Part shown: piece after piece, positions 26,623-29,318 of the stretch
How the letters are laid out: each line of letters begins with the position of its first letter
Position numbering within the stretch: position 1 is the stretch's first letter
Virus record (IMG/VR): IMGVR_UViG_3300005764_000064
Span: 1 to 29,318 of that record
Direction: 5' to 3' (one strand)
DNA length: 29,318 nt
Source of the DNA: a virus
Lineage: Duplodnaviria > Caudoviricetes
Program-made: the position numbers and the translations under genes
The notes under the pieces: model-generated
Told to the model about the DNA's origin: nothing
The model's database searches: none
What the model saw: the letters and a program-made list of their open reading frames with translations, nothing else

Positions 26623-26650
26623 AGTATACCTCAGTGTATACCGGCGTCAA
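26623..26650 (-). promoter_or_regulatory. Housekeeping-sigma promoter for a leaderless recombinase mRNA
   Basis: TTGACG-16 nt-TATACT-7 nt-GTG start; no SD; two GTATAC palindromes overlap spacer and -10. Confidence 0.75.
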
Positions 26651-26847
26651 CCGGGCCAGCAGCTCCTACATGGCCTGCCGATCCTGGCCACATGCTTCAG
26701 CGGCAGCAGGGGCGTGTAGAGGCCGACCTCACGGCCACAGGAGGTACGGCGGGGGAAGCCCGTGTGGGTGTGCGGCTTCAGGCCGTGATAGATCGGCTCG
26801 TCCGGCCAGATGTGGAAGACGACGCCCTGCTCAGCGCCCGAGCGCAC
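26647..26847 (-). CDS. Small Zn-binding protein, ~66 aa
   Basis: H...TSCG...CRSC; start reassigned to GTG 26847 near the upstream stop. Confidence 0.6.
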   Translation of the reverse strand: MRSGAEQGVVFHIWPDEPIYHGLKPHTHTGFPRRTSCGREVGLYTPLLPLKHVARIGRPCRSCWPG

Positions 26848-27070
26848 GCTTGGCTGCACGGGACTTGCCCATGTTCGGGTACTTGCGCCTGACCTTGGCC
26901 CGCACCTGCGCCTTCTCGGCAGGAGAGCCGTGCTGGGAGACGCGGGCGAGGGCGTTCGCTGCATGCGAGCGGTCGGGGATCGGGTACGAGCCTGAGCCGG
27001 GGGCCTTGGACGGAATGGCGAAGCTGGACGAGGCCAGCGCCTTGCGCTGCTTCATCTTCAGTCTGGCCAT
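26831..27070 (-). CDS. Small basic phage protein (DUF6582-like), 79 aa
   Basis: RK.L..S.FA.P...YPIPD.SHA.NALARV motif; AGGAG SD. Confidence 0.8.
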   Translation of the reverse strand: MARLKMKQRKALASSSFAIPSKAPGSGSYPIPDRSHAANALARVSQHGSPAEKAQVRAKVRRKYPNMGKSRAAKRALGR

Positions 27071-27229
27071 CTAGCTCCTTCCCAGCGCCTTCTTGGCGGC
27101 GCGACGCTTGCGGCGAGTTGCGACATGGTAGGGCAGCTTCCCCTTCTGGTCGAAGTGGTGGCGCTTGACCCAGGCGTGGCCGAAGCGCATGTTGAGGTAG
27201 GCCCGCTGGGCCTGGCTTCTGACAGGCAT
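27071..27229 (-). CDS. Small basic protein, 52 aa (below ORF-track cutoff)
   Basis: MPVRSQAQRAYL...KGKLPYHV...: MPxxSxAQR family frequent near phage head genes; stop abuts next ATG. Confidence 0.75.
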   Translation of the reverse strand: MPVRSQAQRAYLNMRFGHAWVKRHHFDQKGKLPYHVATRRKRRAAKKALGRS

Positions 27230-27272
27230 CAGCGGCCTCGCCTACGGCTCGCCATGTGATGTACGCAGTACA

Positions 27273-27440
27273 TCAATGGCCCCGCACGAGCGTCCTGGGC
27301 GGCGTGCCCGAGCCGTCGGCCTTCTGGGTCACACAGGTGCCCTCGGTCGCCTTCTGGGAGATCAGCGTGCGGGAGGCGGTCGAGCGGCTCGCCACGCAAG
27401 TGCCGTAGGTCGTGTGCTGGGAGACGGTCAGAGCGGCCAC
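27273..27440 (-). CDS. Small Thr/Ser-rich protein, 55 aa (below cutoff)
   Basis: MAALTVSQHTTYGTCVAS...TEGTCVTQKADG...; fills operon gap with coding-like codons. Confidence 0.55.
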   Translation of the reverse strand: MAALTVSQHTTYGTCVASRSTASRTLISQKATEGTCVTQKADGSGTPPRTLVRGH

Positions 27441-27474
27441 GGCTAACGCCGCCCTCGATCGGAGATCGACGGCA

Positions 27475-27861
27475 TCAGCAGCTGAACCACTTGGAGACGC
27501 CGTCCGAGTAGAGGCGGAAGGTGCCGTAGTTCGTGTTGATCACCTTGGAGGTGGCACCGTCGATCGTGTCGGCACCGGCCCTGGCGACCGTGATGTTGTT
27601 GGTGGCCGCGCCGCCCGACTCGTCCTTGAACACGATCGGGATCCCGACGGGCACCGAGGAGGCGGCGGGCAGGGTGAGCGTCCTGGCCGCTGCCGTGGAG
27701 GTCACCGCCACCAGCTGCTCGCCGCCCTGCAGGGTGTAGTTGGCCGCGACGGCCACCCTTGCCGCGGCGTCGCCGGGCGGCGTGCCCATGACCGCGACCA
27801 CCCGGTCATTGGTGTCGAGGACCTGGACGGTGTTGCCCATCTGCTTCAGCCGGGCGGGCAT
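27475..27861 (-). CDS. Fibre/decoration-type beta protein, 128 aa
   Basis: T.TLPAA...G....KD..G.A.TNNITV...G.DTIDG....I.TNYG...LYSDG..KW repeat unit known from phage fibres. Confidence 0.75.
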   Translation of the reverse strand: MPARLKQMGNTVQVLDTNDRVVAVMGTPPGDAAARVAVAANYTLQGGEQLVAVTSTAAARTLTLPAASSVPVGIPIVFKDESGGAATNNITVARAGADTIDGATSKVINTNYGTFRLYSDGVSKWFSC

Positions 27862-28187
27862 TACGTCACGTCCACCGTGTGCTGGAAGGCCGCGTTGCCC
27901 GGCAAGGCCCCCGCGTTCTGGTTCGTACCCTTGCCGTAGCGCAGGTTGCGCTTCGAGTTGAGCACCGCGAGGGCAGCCGTGTCGGCGTTGGCCGCAGACG
28001 AGTTGTCCTCACCGACCGAGCGCAGGTTGAAGCCGCCGTAGCCGGGTTCGCCGGTCAGCCACTTCTCGAAGATCGTGACGTAGCGGGCCGGAGGGTTGCG
28101 CACCTGGGCCGAAGGCACCCCACGGTCGATCTGGATCTTGGCGTAGCCCGCCGTCACCGCAGCTGCCGGTGTGGCGAGGTCGGTCAT
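27861..28187 (-). CDS. Hypothetical (possibly virion) protein, 108 aa
   Basis: ATG 28187; TAATG overlap with next gene; AGGAGG lies 17 nt upstream, separated by a GGTTG/CAGCC stem. Confidence 0.7.
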   Translation of the reverse strand: MTDLATPAAAVTAGYAKIQIDRGVPSAQVRNPPARYVTIFEKWLTGEPGYGGFNLRSVGEDNSSAANADTAALAVLNSKRNLRYGKGTNQNAGALPGNAAFQHTVDVT

Positions 28188-28224
28188 GGCTGCTATGACA
28201 ACCACCTCCTATACTGTTCCAGTA

Positions 28225-28716
28225 ATGGCCAAACGAGGACCGAAAAGACAGCTGATGGGAGACCTGTGTGCGAAAGGGCGTCACCTGCTCGACGAGCAGA
28301 ACGCCTGGGTGCTGCCGGACGGCAGGCTTCGCTGCCGCCAGTGCATGGTCGAGCGCCGTCTGGGAAAGCTGGAGGGCGAGGGCGAGCTGGTGGCCTGCCT
28401 GTTCTGCGGAGCGCAGCGCCGCATCCTGAGCCACCACCTGAAGCAGGCCCACGGGATGGACGCCAAAGCCCGTAAGGCCTATCCCGGCCCGTTGGTGGCG
28501 GAGGCCTTCCGCGAGATCCAGCGAGAGCTGTACAGGGAGACCAGGAGGGACAAACTGCCGCAGAAGGGCAAGCCCCTGTACGGCGGCATGTGCCGCAGAG
28601 GCCTGCACCGCCTCAGCGGCAAGAACATCCTGATCGTGTCCTCGACAGGACGCCGTACCTGCCGGGCCTGCTTCAACGACGGACGGCGGAAGACTCAGCC
28701 CCAGCCGTTGAAGTAG
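28225..28716 (+). CDS. Triple zinc-finger DNA-binding protein with central Ros/MucR-like finger, 163 aa
   Basis: CAKGRH..N..G.LRCRQC; CLFCG..LSHHLKQAHGM..Y..PLVA; CRRGLH..N..GRRTCRAC; TATACT at 28210-28215 upstream; only credible + strand gene. Confidence 0.8.
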   Translation: MAKRGPKRQLMGDLCAKGRHLLDEQNAWVLPDGRLRCRQCMVERRLGKLEGEGELVACLFCGAQRRILSHHLKQAHGMDAKARKAYPGPLVAEAFREIQRELYRETRRDKLPQKGKPLYGGMCRRGLHRLSGKNILIVSSTGRRTCRACFNDGRRKTQPQPLK

Positions 28717-28790
28717 GCAAGGATCACGAAGACGGCGATGGCGACCAGGGCGGCATCGCTGAGTGATACCTCCAGGGGTCCTACCTTCAT
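28695..28790 (-). CDS. Small membrane peptide, 31 aa (below cutoff)
   Basis: MKVGPLEVSLSDAALVAIAVFVILAYFNGWG; ATGA overlap with upstream gene. Confidence 0.55.
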   Translation of the reverse strand: MKVGPLEVSLSDAALVAIAVFVILAYFNGWG

Positions 28791-29173
28791 GCCGTCACCC
28801 CGGCCGGGTTCTCGCCGCCCGCCACATGCTCCTGGTGGGCGTCATAGGCCTCACAAGCCGCGGCCAGCTCCTCCATCGAGGCCGCTCCCTCGGAGACCTT
28901 CTGCAGGCCGAGGCTTTCCACGTAGCGCTCCGCGGTGAAGTAGTCGGGGCCGTCCTGTACCACCGTCCACTCGCCGATGGTGGCGGCGGGAGCGACGGCG
29001 GCGACACCCTGGGCCTGGGTCGCCGCAGTCGCCTCCCCACCAGCATCGAGATAGGCCTGGGCGACGGCCTCCTTGTTGGGCAGGGAGGCGGCACCGTCCA
29101 CACCGGCCTCGGTCGCCATGTCGTCCAGCTCCGAGCGGGTGTGCTCCTCGGCAAGCTGCTGTGCGTCGGTCAT
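28787..29173 (-). CDS. Acidic protein with N-terminal HeH/Rho-N-like motif, 128 aa
   Basis: TRSELDDMATEAGV.....NKEAVAQA pattern; GGGAG SD. Confidence 0.7.
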   Translation of the reverse strand: MTDAQQLAEEHTRSELDDMATEAGVDGAASLPNKEAVAQAYLDAGGEATAATQAQGVAAVAPAATIGEWTVVQDGPDYFTAERYVESLGLQKVSEGAASMEELAAACEAYDAHQEHVAGGENPAGVTA

Positions 29174-29318
29174 CGTGCTCCCTTCTTGAAGTCGGGTTTG
29201 AAGTGGTCGTCACGGACCTGGGCTGCGGCTCGGGCCAGAGGCGACTCCAGGGTCTTCTCCGGCTCCTGCGGGTAGAGAACCACCTCCAGATGGTCGGCAG
29301 CGTCGAGACGGCGAACGA
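29170..29318 (-). CDS. 3' end of a hypothetical gene starting outside window
   Basis: ...VRRLDAADHLEVVLYPQEPEKTLESPLARAAAQVRDDHFKPDFKKGAR*; ATGA overlap with next gene. Confidence 0.6.
   Translation of the reverse strand, partial: VRRLDAADHLEVVLYPQEPEKTLESPLARAAAQVRDDHFKPDFKKGAR

Larger units (their letters stand above)
1..29318 (-). mobile_element. Tailed phage/prophage late region, short-tail (podovirus-like) architecture
   Basis: Co-oriented terminase-portal-scaffold-capsid-fibres-adaptor-nozzle-ejection genes; no major tail tube, sheath or tape-measure-like gene; no host genes in the window. Confidence 0.95.

Noticed and set aside
28695-28790. Small TM peptides (also 25094-25267) as holins
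   Set aside because: No adjacent endolysin; a single TM alone is insufficient

Overview
A ~68-70% GC tailed-phage (or prophage) segment, almost entirely coded on the minus strand with tight TGATG/ATGA gene overlaps. Read right to left it holds a cluster of small genes (basic peptides, Zn-binding mini-proteins, a catalytic-domain-only tyrosine recombinase with its own leaderless promoter, and three small genes joined by a 25-36 bp direct repeat). A short-tailed (podovirus-type) morphogenesis module follows: large terminase, portal, scaffold, major capsid, several fibre/spike proteins, adaptor, nozzle and ejection proteins. The window ends in a giant ORF of more than 2100 codons (6306 to <1) that the ORF track missed because it has no stop inside the window. 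By hand translation this ORF carries an HhH-glycosylase-like domain, a GNAT-like domain, an HExxH zincin motif, a lysozyme/transglycosylase domain and an NlpC/P60 peptidase. Best leads: (1) a repeat-bounded, self-coupling gene-cassette array next to the recombinase; (2) the multi-enzyme injected polyprotein; (3) ribosome-binding sites of packaging/head genes sitting in stem-loops with a shared CAGGA loop; (4) a lone plus-strand protein with three Zn fingers, one MucR-like. All family calls come from motif recognition, not database searches. A high-GC monoderm (Actinomycetota-like) host is an inference.
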